A program made the translations under genes and the position numbers. Below are positions 10,547 to 22,420 of a stretch of DNA of 64,000 nt, piece by piece. Source of the DNA: Paraspadella gotoi (taxonomy: Eukaryota > Animalia > Chaetognatha); NCBI GenBank assembly GCA_051294375.1, contig CM119268.1, positions 20,068,531-20,132,530 of the forward strand, in the 5' to 3' direction. Each line of letters opens with the position of its first letter. The first letter of the stretch is position 1. Below the pieces are notes generated by a model, which saw only the letters and a list, made by a program, of their open reading frames with translations, did not search any database and was not told the origin of the DNA.

Positions 10547-13310
10547 AGATAGAAACTATCTGAGGGAAGTAAACGTGGCATTGCTTTTCGCCTTATTTTT
10601 TTCGTTCGTATCTGGGAATATTATTGGTAGCAATGTTTTGTTGAGATGGGTGCTTTTAGAATGTTAATGTGCTTTGGGCCCTCCCCAGTGAGCCGGCCCA
10701 TAAAGGGTGCCGAGGAGGCTTTGCAAATATTGTCATTCTATATAGTTGTGTTTGGCTGTGTGTGTTAGAGATGTTTTGTGCTTGGAACGATGTTGCTATT
10801 TAAATGTTAGAAATTTTTCTAATATTATTTTAGGTTTCATGGGTCCTGGACTAGAAGTGAGTGTTGCGATTGGCAAGTGTTGAGTTAATTAGTAGTTAAA
10901 AATAGTTTGTGAGACGTGCTGATATTAATGTTTGCGAAAAAACGTATTTTTAATAGCAACCGGAAGTTACCGTAAAAAGAAGCAGTCAAATTTATCTAAA
11001 GATGAAAACATACATTTTATCGAATTTGCTAGATATGTTTTATATTTGTTCTTGGGTTTTTATTATTTATATTTCAAAGATTTTATTATATAGTGTTATA
11101 TATATTTTTAATTGTAATGTATTGTAGCAGTGGGAGTTATGTTGTGTTAAGTTTTATGACAGGAGACAAGCCCCTTTTTACCCTGTTAACTGCTTTGACC
11201 GTTTAAAGTAAGAGTGGCTCTGCATGGACTTTCATTGGGTGTTGTTATGTCAGATAGCCGCAAATGTACAATAAATTCGCGCAAATATAGTATTTTGTAG
11301 GTGATATAGAGGAAATATAGATTGTAAAGAACTTACAGAAAAAAAAATATTAAGATTAGTTGATTGTTGTTGTTAAAAGACTTCAGTTCTTTATGGTTGT
11401 GCAAACTCAAGTTTTGTAAATAATCCACAAAATTAAGAAAATTATGCAAGACAAAGGCAACGGAAAAAAATAGGAGTAATTGAAGCTATAGAATCAAGAA
11501 TAGTCGAATCTCGTTTGGATAACCCTTGAAGCCTTCTCTTAAATTGTGGTGTTGGATGGAATCCGCGTGTTGATTCTTACCATGGTCGCAGCTCAAGTGA
11601 CGTCTCTCCGTCCTTCGTGCAGCTTGCGGCCGAGGCAGAGGGTGGAGGGAGACGCGTCTGGAAAAGGCAATAAAGTCAGCAATGCGCACTGCTTTAGATT
11701 CACGCTGTAGCAACGCAAATTTTTAAAGATCAGGCACGCCGGACTAGGTGGCCTCTTGGCCTTCTCTTATGCTAGTATAATAGTTGAGTAGTGGAGTGCA
11801 AGCTGGGCTAGGGTTTATTTTTTTGAGAGAGTAGTTTGGGTTAGTCGCGAGAGCTTAGTGTGTAGTTGTCTTGTTTCAGCTATTCACGGCGAAACATTAC
11901 GGGCTTGGACCGGCGAGGTGATGAGCCTCACATTATAGACCGAGTTTGGTAGGTGTGGTAAAGTGGTGAAAGCTGAGGTTGGGACTTGTGACCGCTCATC
12001 AATGGACGCCCATGGAATCCATTAGTGCGTGGTGGGACTAAGGCCTTGGTTTATTTTGTCGACGGGGTAGGTCGGTTGGCTATCTTATTGTTGAAGTTTC
12101 GTCTGTCTTTTATTAAGTGTGTTTGATTGGTGTTCTATTGTAATTTCCGACTTGCTATCTTTCTTAGTTATTCTTATCTAGAGCCGGCTTTTATTGTTAT
12201 AAGTATATGCTAAATTTTTTTGGTATTAGAATGAAGGGATTGGAATTTAGAGGGTTAATGGATTACGTGTGACGTTGTGTTGCAGTTACAGGTTGTTTAT
12301 GAATTTTTGGTTGTCAAGTTAGTATACTTTTTCTGACATGTGTTTATGTCAGGTTTTAGATATGATTAAAGTAGGGTGTTGGGTCTATTTTAGTGAAGGC
12401 GATTAAGTGAGCGGTGGAATGCCGTGCTAAAGGTGTCGATTCGGTGTGCTTGGGTTTCGCTCCTCTCTATTGGTTTCCTCTATGTTTTCCGTGGTGAGGG
12501 TGGTGGGTTTGGTCTCAGTCTTCAGTATTCCTGAGTATGTAAATGTCATACTTAATCTGGAGTGAGTGGTTCGAGTATAGATGAAAGCTTGCACGCTGTG
12601 TCGCGGATGAAATCACTGACAGTCGCCTATATTTCTCTATTTATGACAATATATATTGGTATTATTGGATTTGGGTATCTGACATAAATTTCAATGAAGT
12701 TTCATCAGCCATTTTAAACATCAAAGTTAATATGAGTAAAATAGGAAGCTTGGCTTGGCGTTGCGGGCTTGGCTGATGAAGGAATTGAATACGTGGTTGT
12801 AAAGTAATAGGTGTATTGTGGATAAAAAGTGGAAGGGAACGATGTAGCGGATATTCTAACGGTAGATGGTGTATCAAAGAGTTAGAGGGTTTCGTAGCTT
12901 TGGTAGAATTGAATTTGTTGTTGCTGTTGTTTGATAACTTCCCGGGGTTTGTGGTAAAAAAGGAAGGTTTTTTCAACAGTAAAATGTTAAGCACCTAAAA
13001 GCTGATTTTTAAATTATATAACTTAACTAATTGCAGTAATGCCAATATTTGCTAGTGATGTCGAGGCTGTGGAATGAACCTATTAATTATTCTGGAGAAA
13101 ATTATAATTTGAAATAGAACTTGTTCAAGAAATTCTACGGAATATATGTGAAATTTTGGATGGGGCTCGTAGTGCACTTAGTGTTGGCGGTGCCTGGGGA
13201 GGGCCAAGAAATTTTTAAAAAAGTCTAAAGCAAAAGTCAATATAATTCAGGAATAGATACGGAAAAAAAGGAAAAAAGAAGCGTGTTATTCCCTGAAGAA
13301 AATTCTATCT
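10547..13310. mobile_element. Old ~2.8-kb TIR DNA transposon inserted in element B pol
   Basis: Degenerate inverted ends: agatagaa..tct.agggaa.taa.cg vs 13283-13310; ttttcg.tcgtatct vs agatacggaaaa; ggccctccccag vs ctggggagggcc; TTAA at the right flank; composition shifts at both edges. Confidence 0.6.
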
Positions 13311-14399
13311 TTAAAAAGAAATGATTTAAATGTGTCTAATGCGGGGGGCCGCGTTAGCGCCACTTCAGGTCATTTGCACTCTGAGTTCGGTTGGCGCTCT
13401 GGACCTGTTGTCTATCGAGGCTGTTTGCTGCCGGGCGTGCTTGCGCTTGTTTTGGTTTGTTTGGGTTGGCTGCAGAGATATGCGCAGCCTGGATGTAGTG
13501 ATCTGTGTCGTGGGGGTAGAAGTCGTCTTGTGTTTCGATTTTCGGGCGCCGGGTTGCTTGCGCTCAGGAATGCGGGGGTGCCTAGGTCGGTTTCGTTGGC
13601 GCTGTTCAAGCGGTTCTTTGTATTTGCAGGTTTCATAGAGGTGGTTCCTGTTTAGGCGGTAATTTCGTTGGATTATCGTAGTCCGTCGGGCCTAATGGTG
13701 TGGGTCGCTCGTTGTTGTTTAGGCTATGCCCTTGCGGTATGTTTCTTGGTTTTTAGTTTTCTTGCCGATAGGGTTGCTGTTGTCTTGTGTCAGTCGGTTG
13801 TGAAGGTAGTGCCGGTATGTTGCCGTGTGTGTCAGCTGATGTAGTCGAGGCTTGGGGTCGTTTGTTGTGTTCATGTAAGATTTTGTTTATTTTCATGCTG
13901 GTATTTGCTTTCGTGTTTCCGTGTATAGGCTTTTTCTCATGGTGGGTGGGATTTGTGGCATTCCTGTTGGGCGGTTGTAGGGAGTGCTTCCGTCTGAGTA
14001 TGCTTTTGGGTTGGGTGTGGCTGTGCTAGATACGTCCGTTTGGTGGGATGTGTCGATCAGCGGTCTTTGTGTGCATGGGCTTAGTCGAATTTTCTAGTTC
14101 GAAGGTAGGTGTGATCGCTTCGATGGTGTGCCGAATGTGTCTGTTTGTGGTGCCGTTGAGGATGATTGGGTTCTTGAGGTGTTAGGTGTCGGAGTGAAGT
14201 TGTGTTGCTTGTGTTGTTTTGTGTGGTTCTTTGTGTTCCCGATATTGGATGTTTAGCGGATGTGTTTTTCCGTTTTTTTTTTGTGTGCGTTGAAGTTATG
14301 GTGGCATTTTGTTAATTGCCGATGATTTTGGGAAGGGAAATTGTTCTTGAGTGAGTCCTGTTTCGCGTGGCATGGGGGTTGGACTTCTATTGTAGAAGT

Positions 14400-16100
14400 G
14401 TGTGCGGTGGCAAGTGGTTGATAGCTCAATGGTCGGCGCGCCTCCGACTTGCGTTGAATTCGTGGTGTCCCTGGGCTCTATGCAGCGTTGGGGTTCGCTG
14501 CCGCTGATTTGGGATCTTGTGCACAGAAGCCTTGGGGTTGTATTTCCAGCATCGACATTTGAATCGCTGTCGGGCAGGAAGGTTTGGGAGTGTGCTTCGG
14601 AGCTGGGTTTCGGGTAATTTGTCCTTGGTATGCCCGTGAATCGGGTAAGAAAAGAGTGGCTCGCTTGTGGTGGGTGTGTAGTCCTCGCTGTATTTTGTTC
14701 TGTTATGGAGTACAGTGGAGTACGAGCGGGCCGAAGCATGATGGACTGGTCTGGACTGTCGTAGGTGCTGATCTTACGATGTAATGTGAGATGAGGATAT
14801 GTGTGCGTAGTTATTAAGGGAGCTATTATCGAGTTGGAGGCGTCTTTTGAACACGTGCAGTGCTTGGACGTGACCTGCGGAAAAGTTAGATTATCTACAT
14901 TAATCACCGTGGCATGAGCACAGTGAGAGTCATCGCAATGATGTCAATGATGAGGTTATTGACGAGTCAAGTTCGCAGTTTCGGGAGGTAGGCTCATGAG
15001 TTGAGATATATATTGATTCTGTGATGCTGGTGTATATTCACTACGGAGTGTTAAATCTGGTGAGAATCTCGGTGATTAGACTAGAGAGGGTATGCATATA
15101 GGGTAACTGATGGCCGCGCTCATGAATACATGAGGAGGGCGATATATGTCGGTCAGCTATAGGTATCGATCATAAGAAGATCTTGAGGGAGGGCCTGGCA
15201 TAGCGCTGCGGTGCCTGTCGCGCGAGTGCAACTCAGATCTGGTTACGTGCTTATTTCGGCTCTTCGTTCTGATCGTGAGGGTGCTTGGTATTCTTAGAGT
15301 GATGTTATGCCCACCAGGGTAATAGCCCTGGGGAATTCTTTAGCTAAGTTCATTCATTGGTAAAGTCCGGCTAAGGGTTCTCGGAGGATTTGTTATGTGC
15401 TGTATAAGTGGCCTGGTGGGGACTTCGTTGTGGACTCTTAGTGCTGGGTGAATGGTTCTTTGGGTTTGTTATGAGTTGTGGTGATGAGCAAGCCAGATGG
15501 CGATGGCAGAGTTGTTGATTCGTAGGTGATGGGTTTTGGGTGATATATCTGGTGCGCTGTTTACTGTCGGCGGTTATGAGCTCGGTGCCATGGGCGCTGG
15601 GTAGCTTAGTGAAGGGGTATGGGTGCGCGGTTGTCGCGTAGATTCCTGTACACTGTTCGCCGGGTGGGTTAGTTTTGGTGATTTTGTGTTGGCGGGTTCA
15701 TTTAAGGGAAAATTGTAAGTTCCTTTGGCGTGTTTGACGTGTAGATGCTTTCTGTGCTGAGGTGGATCTGGTGTTTGCGGGTGGTGAGGGTTCTAACGCT
15801 GCACGATGTTTTTCTTGCGAACTTTGAAATCGTTTTTTGTCGACTAGGGTCAGGCGTGGAGAGGTTGCGCCAGATAAGAAAGGAATCGGTGGGTGAAACA
15901 TCAGTAGTAGGTTTAGGTGAAGGCCAAGGCGCCACCGTAGGTTCTTTTTGCGTTTTCACTCCTTTAGTTTCACCTCGGCTTTGTTCTAGCTTCTGTCGGT
16001 TTCTCCTTCTGGGGTATGAGTTTTGTCTTGCGATAGATGGCTTGAAGCCTAGGATTTTTGAATATCGCTTTGCGTAGTAAGTACGCTTTTCGTCCACGTT
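14400..16100 (-). pseudogene. pol: Element B RT C-terminus and RNase H relic
   Basis: CSKDASNSIIAPL and LYSITEQ match gypsy RNase H motifs (TDAS, YS..E); KILGF is RT-like; YxDD not recognisable. Confidence 0.55.
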
Positions 16101-17134
16101 GAGTGACGACGTCTTTCGCCGGTGACAGGATTTCGAGGAACTCTTAGAAGTTCGGGCTTGGTGAGCGCGCTGCGACTGTCAGGATGGTGGTTTGTTTGTA
16201 TTCCTGTCTTCCAGCGTTCTTGCTGTCAGAATCAGTTCTGTTCATGTGCGGAACGTAAGTAGAGTAAGTGGTATTGAAGCTATATTTGTAAGGATGACAA
16301 GATATAAGACATTAGTGGATGTTCGCGGCGTCGCCAGGTTGTGGATTTCGAGGTCAGAAATCTCAATTCGGATTTGGATGGTGCTTGGGGAGTTGGGATA
16401 TCACTGTGTGTGAGGTAGTGATATTCGGGCCTGTTGTACGATTGGGTCGTGTGGCACCGATGTTCTCCATGGTTGGCTGGCAGCTTGGTTTTTCAGTGTG
16501 TGTGTGGTGCCGTGGGTGAGGGTGTGGGTTGGGGGGTGGTATTGTTGGGCGCGATTTCGATATTGTGTTGTGTGTATTGTGGTGTGTGGTGTTTGGTTGC
16601 TTTGTGATTGGATGTGTGGTTTTGGGGCCTAGTGTGTGGTGTCCTGGGGCGGGTGGTTTGTGGTTTGGGGCGGCGTGGTCCATGCGTAAGGAGCGTGGTG
16701 ACGGTGTTTGGCTTGGCATACTGTGTGCTCTGTGATGACAGGTGGTTTGAGGCGACTTGGGTCGAAGTGTCTACAGGGCGAGGATGTTCTAGACGTGAGC
16801 AGTGTAGGTCTCGGAGTTGGTGGGGCTTGGTGTTGGAGAGCTGGCGCTCTTGGAGGCTAGCTTGTATGATTGGTCGAGAAACCCGGGNNNNNNNNNNNNN
16901 NNNNNNNNNNNNNNNNNNNNNNNNNNNNNNNNNNNNNNNNNNNNNNNNNNNNNNNNNNNNNNNNNNNNNNNNNNNNNNNNNNNNNNNAAACGAGAGAGAT
17001 GATAAGTTGAATATAAATTTAAAATTAATTATTACATATTAAAATTAATTAATTAATAATTAATCGATTAATTAATTAATTAATTAATTAATCGTAGGGC
17101 AGATCCGACATGTTTGCTCAAACTTGTTTATTAG

Positions 17135-17185
17135 TATACGGACATGTTTCGACTCTTCATTTCGAGTCTTCATCAGCGCTAATGA
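17135..17185 (-). ncRNA. Minimal type I hammerhead ribozyme motif (Penelope-type)
   Basis: Minus strand: gcg CUGAUGA a GACUC gaaaugaa GAGUC GAAA CAUGUC cgu. Confidence 0.85.
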
Positions 17186-17390
17186 TGCATATTAACAAAT
17201 TTGTGTAAAGGAAAGGGAGAGAGAGAGAGAGAGAGAGTGAGAAGAAAAGAGAGAGAGAGATGAGGGGCCAAAAGTTTCCAACACAGAGATAGTTGTTAAA
17301 GAATGAGTACAGTTGAGTTGAGGACAGATCAGTTGTTGAAAAGAAGTGAAATGGTTCAATTGGTGAAAGAAGAGAGAGAGCAGAAGGAGA

Positions 17391-17426
<36 letters not shown>

Positions 17427-17520
17427 CAGGAGAGACAAAATAATACATTATGAATGTACAACAAAGAATAAATTTAAACTAATGGTGAATTTAATAATTA
17501 TTCTAGTAATAATAGATAGT
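17135..17520 (-). mobile_element. Penelope-like terminal (pseudo-LTR) remnant ending in a hammerhead
   Basis: Same layout as 26480-26925: (CT)n, tgtcctca...tgttggaaac block, (CT)n, hammerhead; a related block lies at 34270-34390. Confidence 0.55.
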
Positions 17521-17831
17521 AATGAAAGGAAAGAAAGTTTTTAAATGTGGAAAATGCATTTTTGTGAGGGATAGATAAGTGAATGTTAAAGTTATAACTT
17601 TGAAAATAATGTAAAATAATTTATTAAACAGACTAAATACTCTAGAGTAAACTTTGGGCTTTCTATGGCGTAAATAGTATTAGTTTCTTAATTTTCTTCA
17701 GCAGCTATGAATTGTTAAATCTTAAAAAAAATTTGAAATAATATTTATTTATTATTTTTGTGTGCGTGCTTACAATTTGAATGTTTATACATCTATCATT
17801 ATCTACAAAACATAAGCTTTAATTTGCAAGT

Positions 17832-19598
17832 TGTCATCCTTGGAGAATCGCCTCCCCGGGGGCGCTGCTAGGGGCGGCCCCGCGGGGTGGCCCCGCGAGG
17901 CGGCCCCGGGGGGCAAGCAAATCTTACTGCCTGGGGGCGGCCGCCTGTAGCCTCTTTTTTTGGGGCCCCAAGGGGCCACTCCAGGGGGAATCCCCCAGGG
18001 GCTAGAAAAGGGGGATGAATTTGCCTGCCCCCTGGAACGGCTCTCTCTCCTCCTATTTTCTCTCTCCTCTCTCTCTCTCCCTCTCTTTCTCTCTTTTCTA
18101 TCTCTTTTCTTTTTCATCTTTTATAAAATAAAATAAAAAAATAAAATAATATATTTCACTTCAATTAAATCATATCACTGAACCAATAGCTGCGCCAATA
18201 CCAATATGCATAATTTGGTCAACTTGGCATAATTTAGTCAAATGACATAATTGTCACTGACATAAATTTGGACAACTGATATAATTTGGTCAACTTTTAG
18301 AATTTGGTAAACTTTCATAATTTGGTAACTTATGAATATATTTGTCAATTTTTGGTCAACTTTAACATTGTCAACTGCATAATTTGGTAATTTTTGTTAT
18401 AATTTAGTCAACTTGCATAATTCGGTTAACTTCATAATTTGGTAAACTTTCACAATTTTGTCAACTGACATAATTTGGTCAACTGATATAATTTTGATCG
18501 ACTTTTAGAATTTGGTAAAACTTTTTATAATTTGGTAAACTTTCATAATTTGGTCAACTGTCATAATTTGGTCAACCTTAACATAATTTGGTCAACAATC
18601 AACTTAACAATTAGCTAATTATTAATTTCATCTGTAAGAAATAAGAAAGAGAGAAAGAGTGAGAAAATTTTTTAATAAAATTCAAGTAAATGTGACTTTT
18701 GTTTTTTTTCTATTAAAACTCACTTTCACTTGATACTTTTCTACCCACGCACAAATTTTATTTTAATTCATCTATGAAATTTTAAATAGTAGAATAAATA
18801 GTAGGATGGTTTTAATTTTTCAATTCATTATAAAAAAAAATTAATTAAATTAATTAATTAATTATTAAATCTGTCTTTAAGTCCGTCCACATTAGCATTA
18901 AACTCAATTATTCGTGATTAGATATATGGATTAGAATAAAATCTTGTGTGTGGGTAAAAAAGTTGTGTGATTGAGCTAGATATAAAAGTTTTGCTCACTT
19001 TCCTTCTCAAACCATCAGCCTTTCCTCAACAACGTGAGTTCATCTGAGGCAATCTACAAACTAACAATTATTAATTAAAAATCTTAAATGAAAAAAAATT
19101 ATTTCACGTTAACATAATTTGAAAAAAAATGTAATTTTTTTTAGTTACATAAAACAAGTCTTGAAAGATAGAGAGAGAGAAAAGATAGAGAAAGAGAAAG
19201 AAAAGAAAAAGATAGAAAAAATGAGAGAGAGAGAGAAAGAGAAGAGAGAGATGAGAGAGAAGAGAAAAGTGTGAGAGAAAAGAGAGAAAGAGAGAGTAAC
19301 AGACAGGGAGAGATATTCTCAGATACAATAACATTGTCAGTATATTTTCTTATCTAAACTTTGCTCTCTCCTTAACTCGCCCCTGGGGGAGCACTTTTTT
19401 GCTCCCCAAGGGGTTACCCCCAGGGGCAGACTTTTTTTGGCCCCAGGGGCGCGCCCCAGGGGTTCCCCTGGGGCAAACATTTTGGGTCTATTAGGGGCGC
19501 CCCTCAATGACCATTTTGCTGCTCCCCCTGGAATAGTCTGCCCCCTGGGGCCCGCCCCTATGAGCCGCCCCGCGGGGCGGAGGATTTGGGAGATGACA
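17832..19598. mobile_element. Non-autonomous TIR element with GC-rich CCCC(W)GGGG arms and nested repeats
   Basis: Starts TGTCATC and ends GATGACA; about 50 nt of imperfect inverted similarity; ~200-bp GC-rich arms. Confidence 0.65.
18205..18600. repeat. 18-bp minisatellite (cataatttggtcaactgr)n
   Basis: Visible tandem units; the same unit occurs reverse-complemented at 24168-24488. Confidence 0.9.
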
Positions 19599-19852
19599 TA
19601 TCTCTTAATTTGAGACCTCTCCCACGTTTTTACGATTTTTCGTTATTATACATAAAAATTAGATAATTTTTGTAAAAAAATATTAATAAATTAGTACTTT
19701 AAAACGGATTATTTCTTAAAAATAAAGATACAAAAATGTAGTTCTACTTATAAAGCCTTAAAACAAATTTCTAAAAACTAAAAAAAATAAAAAAATATAA
19801 TAAAAAATAAATAAAACAGATTATTAATTTTTTTTTATAAAAAGCTTGTCGT

Positions 19853-20770
19853 TTGGAGGATTTTCGGAGGGCGAACAACCTCGACGACCTCAACGACGCC
19901 ACCTTCGCGGTCATCGCTGACAGTTGGAGGAGCTCCACTCGCGATCGCTACGCTAGAGCCTGGAAGGCCTTCTGCGCCTTCCTTCAGCGTCGGGACGTTC
20001 GAGGACTTGAGGCGTCTTTGAAAGATGTTTTGGAGTATTTGGGCCATCTGGTGGAGATGGGCCTTTCATACAGCACTGTTAACCTCCATCGCTCCGCTAT
20101 TTCGGCCACGCTGCCGCCGGTAGGTTCGCTACCAGTTGGAGAGCATCCCCTCGTTCGCCGTTTCCTCAAGGGCACTTTTGAACGGCGCCCCCCTTTGCGG
20201 CGTCTTTTCCCTCCGTGGGATGCGGCGTCAGTTTTGCGCGTTTTGGATGCTTCGCCTCTTCCGCTGTCGCCCGCTCACATTCTCTGGCGCTCTCTCTTCC
20301 TCTTCCGCTTCAGCAAGGAGGCCATCGGAGATAGTTTTGCTCAGATGCGATCACGCCCACTTCTCTTTGGCACAGGATCATGCCCGTTTTGTGCCCTCTC
20401 GCCTCTCCAAGACGGATCGTGTCGGCCACTTGGGCCCGGCTTTTCGAGTGGATGCGCTCCCGTCTTCTTCGCGCTGCCCACTCAACGCCATCAGGGAGTG
20501 GCTTGGCGTTCGCGAGGTTCTGTCGCCAGACCACTCTTTTCTTTTCTGCGCTCCGTCGCCTCCCTACAGGCAGCTGTCTCCGCAACGTCTTGCGTCGATT
20601 CTCAAGGCTCTTTTCCTTGAGGCGGAAGTGGACGCCCGACCCGGCTCTACACGCCCCATGGCGGTTTCGGAGGCCTTCGCCCGCGGCGTCGATCTCGGTG
20701 TCATCTTGAGAGCCGGAGATTGGTCTGGGGACCAGACCTTTTTCCGTTTCTACTGTAGGGACGTCGCTTG
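19853..20770 (+). pseudogene. DIRS-type tyrosine recombinase, one frameshift near 20300
   Basis: STRDRYARAWKAF, YSTVNLHRSAIS, HPLVRRFLKG..RPP...PPWD, then ARRPSE, SKTD, CP, LF, PGSTR, AGDWS..TFFRFY. Confidence 0.9.
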
Positions 20771-21019
20771 GAGCTCTTCTGCAGTTTCTTCTCGGGACAT
20801 AAGACGCGTCTGTCGGCACAGCAGCACTTCGACGGAGGCCCGCAGCGGCGGGGCGGACGATGCTGCAGCGCTGCACCAAAAAGAGATACTTTTTCGATGG
20901 TTTTTTGTTTTCGTTTTCTTCTGATGCACTGCGTGGTAGTCTCGCCTTTAGTGAGACAATACTTAAGGGAGTGGTCTTTTCATACAATTGAAACATTCTT
21001 TGAAATATTTTCCACTTCA

Positions 21020-21190
21020 TTGATAGGGAAGCCAGGTACTCTGGGAGTGAATAAACGAGACTGTGAGAGTGTCTTGATTGAAAGCTTGCAGGGACCTGCT
21101 ATGTCATTATCTTGTAAGAGTGATGGAGGCCTTAAACCACCAAAGCCTGTCCAAAGTCAGGGGCAAGATAGCTTATTTATTAAATGAATT
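21020..21190 (+). repeat. Unclassified interspersed repeat
   Basis: ttgatagg.aa.cca.gtac...gagtgaataaacgagact...gggcaagata.cttatttattaaatgaa recurs at 34414-34580 and partly inverted at 53020-53095. Confidence 0.75.
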
Positions 21191-22134
21191 GTTAATTTTT
21201 ATATTGGTTGTACCAATTTCATATGATATATAATTAAAACTTAAACTCAAATAAAGTAACAGGTATATATTAGTTGTATATAATAGTAATATTATTTGTT
21301 ATTATTTATAAAAAAAATATTATTTTTTATTTTAAATTTATCATTAAAAATGTTAAAATCATTTTCTGATCTTTAATTTTATAATATTTACCCACTTTAT
21401 CCTCATTCCCAATCCTTTAAAGTAGTAGTTTGACTAAAGCTACAGGGTTTGGCAGATTTTTTTACATGATTTTAGATCCTAATAATTTGAGATTGGACGA
21501 ATGCGGAATAAAACCGGTAACATTTTTAGAACCTGTTTAATCTCAGCTTTCAGTCAAAAAATTTAAATGGAAAACGCGATAGTGAGCACTTTTTAAAAAA
21601 CTACCTTCTAAATATGTAATTTAAGTAGACATCAAGAATAATAACCTGCTTTCAAAAAGTATAGAATAATCCTTACTTTTTATCAGGGATGTGGAGCTGG
21701 AGCTGGAGTCGGAGCTGCCGGAGCTGGCATATTTGGCCGGAGCTGAAGCTGGAGCTGGAGCTGAATTTATTTTCTTACCGGAGCGGGAGCTGGAGCTGGA
21801 GCTGAGATTTTATCTTGGCCGGAGCTGGACCTGGAGTCGGAGCGGGCAAAAAAAGGTCCAACTCCAGCTCCAAGAAAATTTTTGGAAATAATAAAACTTA
21901 TAAAAATGAAAAATGATATTATTTTTTTTCAAATATGAAGGAAATTCTATTTGATGACAGTGACCATTAATTAAGATAGTTTTACTTCAACTGTAAATAC
22001 CTTTAACGCGATTTGATTCATAGTATTATTAAAAAAATATAATGAATCAATTAAACTTTATTATACCTTGAACACCTTAATTTAAGAAACTTAAAATATT
22101 TTGAAGGCTTTATTTTCCATTCTATTTATATATA

Positions 22135-22420
22135 TGTAGTCGGGCATTGCCTAGGTTCACCCCGCCTAGAATCATAACGTTTTCAGTTGTGACCCGGTGG
22201 CTCATTGAGTAAAGCCATCAGCTCATGACCACTAGGTACCGGGTTCAATCCCAACCCGGTACCTACCCTGCGGGAAGCGTGAGGACGGCCGTAAGCCGCC
22301 TTGGGGGCATGGCAAACCCTCAAGCCTGGTTCCAAGCCCAGGGACCCGTTCCATGGCTGCTAGAGGGGGTTATAGAAGTTACGGACAGTCATCTTCAGCC
22401 CACGTAGCGCCTTATCCACA
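22135..22420 (+). mobile_element. Solo LTR (family T) containing a tRNA-like head
   Basis: TGTAGTC...TCCACA; TSD TATA; A-box-like TGGCTCATTG at 22198; B-box GGTTCAATCCC at 22242. Confidence 0.85.

Larger units (their letters stand above)
4808..16887 (-). mobile_element. Element B: decayed env-bearing Ty3/gypsy-like retroelement, 5' part lost in the gap
   Basis: Minus-strand order: RT-like relic (KILGF, ~16050), RNase H, integrase, glycoprotein ORF, LTR-like end ...AATAAA...TGTGTCACA at 4808. Confidence 0.7.

Noticed and set aside
20310-21020. 236-aa minus-strand ORF
   Set aside because: Antisense shadow of the GC-rich tyrosine recombinase
21691-21891. ELELE / APAPA ORFs here and at 30328-30530
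   Set aside because: Translations of hAT (GGAGCT)n subterminal repeats
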